Positions 61,006 through 64,000 of a stretch of 64,000 nt of DNA are shown piece by piece. The first letter of the stretch is position 1. Each line of letters begins with the position of its first letter. The notes under the pieces are model-generated. The model made no database searches. It worked only from the letters and a program-made list of their open reading frames with translations, and was not told the DNA's origin. Position numbers and translations under genes: made by a program. The stretch comes from Phyllobates terribilis (Eukaryota): NCBI RefSeq assembly GCF_046119375.1, contig NW_027362764.1, positions 156,426,001-156,490,000 of the forward strand, given 5' to 3'.

Positions 61006-61480
61006 TAATAAAGTAAAAAAAATATGAAAATTAGAATCACCTTCTGTCTTCCCAGTTTCAAAATAAAACTGAAAAAAAAACTGCATATAAGGCATCACCA
61101 CTTCCATAAAAGTTTAACAAAATATAAAATTATTTGACCCATACTTTAAACTTCGCAAAGAGAAAAAAAAATATGAAAGCTAGATTTGGAATTTTTGGTT
61201 GCTACAACTTTCTAATAAAATGTAATAAACAGCGGTCAACCATCAAATTTACCCCAAAATAACATTAATAAAAATGTCAGCTCACCACATAAAAAACAAG
61301 CTGTCACATAGCTCCATTGACGGAAAAGTAAAAAAGTTACACGTTTGGTATTGACGCAATCGTACTGACTGGAAGAATCACGCCGACAAGTCATTTTTAC
61401 CATGTAATAAATATCATAAAAACAAAATAAAAAAAAACAATTGCAGAATTGCATCTTTTCTAGGAGAGAAGGAGAGAAAA
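61006..61480 (+). mobile_element. Fragment related to the piggyBac-type element at 33027-34201
   Basis: Similar to 33540-33990 (CCCCAAAAT..., AAAAATGTCAGC, GAATCA...CAAGTCATTTTTACC). Confidence 0.6.
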
Positions 61481-63489
61481 AAGTGAAAGCGTCAAAAAGA
61501 AAACTGGCTGCGGATGAAATATATATATACATACTGTACACTGTATCTGTATCAGCACATATGTGTGTTGTGTATATACAAAGGCCTTTTGTGTACAAGC
61601 AACTGCCCGAAGATATGAGTTGCCAGTCACAAGGTAACTTTTGTTTCTCAGTGATAAAGCTTGGCCTCTCACCGCTCCTCTTAACAGTGACTATTTAGTC
61701 GCCATGTATTTGCATTTATGTAAGGCAGTCTGTCAATCATTACTGACATGGGAGGAGGGTAACACACTTCCCTCATACATACAGCAGGATTATGAATCTG
61801 ATGTACTTTTTATTAGGCTTTATTAGCTATACTGCACAATATTAAGAGTTTCAAGCCCAAACCTGGGTCACATATACCCGGCAGTGGGATTGTCCTGTCA
61901 AAATTGTTGGCAAGTATACTTTGGGATCTAACGAAAGATCTTATGAACCTTGATAACCAGAATAAATTTTTACTTTTTAAAATGATACGCTAGTCATTAT
62001 TGGGGTATTTCTTTGACTATAGTTTTTATTTTAATAGACAGATTGGGTTTCTTTTTATACCAAATCATGCTCCATCGCCTCATTTATTAAAACTATCTAA
62101 GACCATGTTCCCACATGCAAAAACACTGCATTTTTCCAACTGTGTTTTTTTCTGCAGGTGCCTATTCCAAAATACACAATAGGAATCAACTGTAATTATT
62201 GCATTTTTGCTACATTTTTTTTTATTTGTTTTCCCCTTTCTTTATGCATTTTAGTGCAGATTTGAAGTATTATTTTTTATGTATTTTTTTCAGAGCAGAA
62301 ATGCTGGGATTCTGCACTTAAAAACTCAACTGATTTTTTTTACATATATTTTTTCAGGCTCCCCAAGCCTAAAATGTACCAAAAAACACAAAGTTCAACA
62401 ACATCTTTAAATGCATTGTGGGCATGAGTTTTCATGAAATCACATCCACTTTGCTTGAACTGTTAAGTGCAACAGATATTCTAAACAAAAAAGCGCAGCG
62501 CTCAGTGTACGATTTTGATTTCCTAAATTACTCTGGTAAATGAAATTGCATTCTGATTGACAGAGTGTGTCAATCTGTCGAAGACACTTATTTTTAAACA
62601 TCTGCCAAAATTGTTTTATCTGAATCTTTTAAAACCCATGAAGGAAAAATATAGCTGGGAATAGGAATATGATATTTTTTGCTCTTTCACTCTGTAATGC
62701 AATATAAGTGGTTTAAATAATAAAATTTGTGCCAAAAAAATAATCTTTCAATTATCTCATGCACAGTGATTCCAAATATGTGTGTTTTATCTAACATCTG
62801 GTATCATTGTAGAAGTGCTAACTTTGGTTTTGACGCCTGTGCTTCTGACGCCAAAGCTGTCTGGGGAGAGGCTGACCATAGGATTGTTTACTGGAATATT
62901 AAAAAATATATATATATATTTACATTTTTATGTATTTAGTAAAGTTTTGGTAGAATTTAAAATAGTAAATGAACTTTGACAATTGTTCTAATTTCTAATT
63001 TACTTACGGTATATACAGATATGTCCAATCTTAGCTTTTTTGCAGATTTCCATTAAAGAAGCCCTTCTCCCATCAACATTTTTTATCCTCTTAATATATT
63101 GCAATCATCATATTATATAGCACTGTGTACTTACAATTGCTCATTTTGCCTTTCTACCCAGCTAATTATTCTCTTTTCCATTAGGTCTAAGACATCATGT
63201 GCTTAAAAACTGACTAGCTGAATCCTAATAAACTCTATCTAGAAACAAGAGGACAGTATTTGATGTATGAGTCAAAAATCACTGCAAAAGTCTATGGCAG
63301 GGGGAGAAAAGAGGAGCAGTTGGGTCAGGTGGTCAAGAGGGGAATGATAAATGTAGGGACAAGAGACTTCCTGTTTCTACACAGAGCAGAGAAAACAAGA
63401 ATTTACTGGGTAGAAAAGCAAAATGGGTAATTATAAGTACACAGTGCTATATAATATGATGATGGTAATATATTTAGAGGATAAAAACT

Positions 63490-64000
63490 TTGATGTGCAG
63501 GCGCGACCGCCACCGGGTGTCAGCTGATTGTCACAGCTGACACCAGGGGCTATGTGCAGGGAGCGGTCCCGCACCGCTCCCGGCACATTAAACCCCGCAA
63601 TGCTGCGATCAAAGTCGATCGCAGCATTGCGGTGGCTAAGGGGAGGTGATCGGTGCACTCACCTCCTCTTCCGGCCTCCAGCGCTGTCTGCCTCGGCTTC
63701 CTGGATGTTGCCATGACGACCCGATGTCGTCATGACAACATCCGGGTCACCAGACAGGAGGAAGATTTTTTGGACATGCGCAGTGCATTTCCAAACTATC
63801 TTCTCCCTGTCCAGTGCTGACAGCCTGCATGGCACAGGGATGGTGCTCCATTCCTGTGCCATACAGGCGATCAGAGAAAAAAAAGTGAAAGTCCCATAGT
63901 GGGACAAAGCAAAAAAGTAAAAAAACTGACAAAGTGAAAAGAAAATGAAAAAAAAAAATTGTAAAAAAATAAAATAAAAAAATAAATAATAATCCACCAA
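63490..64000 (+). mobile_element. Interior of a piggyBac-type MITE with short hairpins
   Basis: AATGCTGCGATC..GATCGCAGCATT and GTTG.CATGACGAC..GTCGTCATGACAAC hairpins; layout resembles 33150-33500. Confidence 0.45.

Noticed and set aside
60805-61107. ORFs spanning the N run
   Set aside because: Artefacts of the assembly gap.
1-64000. Intact host protein-coding gene or prokaryote-type defence system
   Set aside because: All recognisable coding sequence maps to TE domains; no consistent exon chain or operon-like structure is visible, although small exons could be missed.

Overview
Vertebrate (most likely anuran amphibian, an inference from the repeat families) repeat-dense DNA with no recognisable intact host gene. 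The window is nearly all nested transposable elements. LTR retrotransposons: two tRNA-Ser-primed Ty3/Gypsy elements (7247-13886 +, near full length; 56814-~60862 -, internally deleted) and four or five Tf1/sushi-type (chromovirus) elements or fragments (17251-20947 +, 20948-26325 -, 48772-52880 -, 52881-55370 +). DNA elements: hAT and Tc1 transposase pseudogenes, hAT/piggyBac/Kolobok-type MITEs and a non-autonomous Helitron (14302-16797 -) filled with palindromic CCAAT/Y-box repeats. There is also a CR1 fragment, a solo LTR and an assembly gap (60871-61005). The most unusual objects are: (1) a non-autonomous chromovirus-derived LTR element whose only ORF is an open ~503-codon fusion of the N-terminal half of Gag, in-frame acidic tandem repeats and a degenerate chromodomain tail; (2) a 2.5-kb foldback Tc1/mariner-type element with four tRNA-like Pol III modules and a miniature copy of itself; (3) the Helitron Y-box palindrome array. 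Novelty cannot be confirmed without database searches. Coordinates were read by eye and may be off by a few bases.
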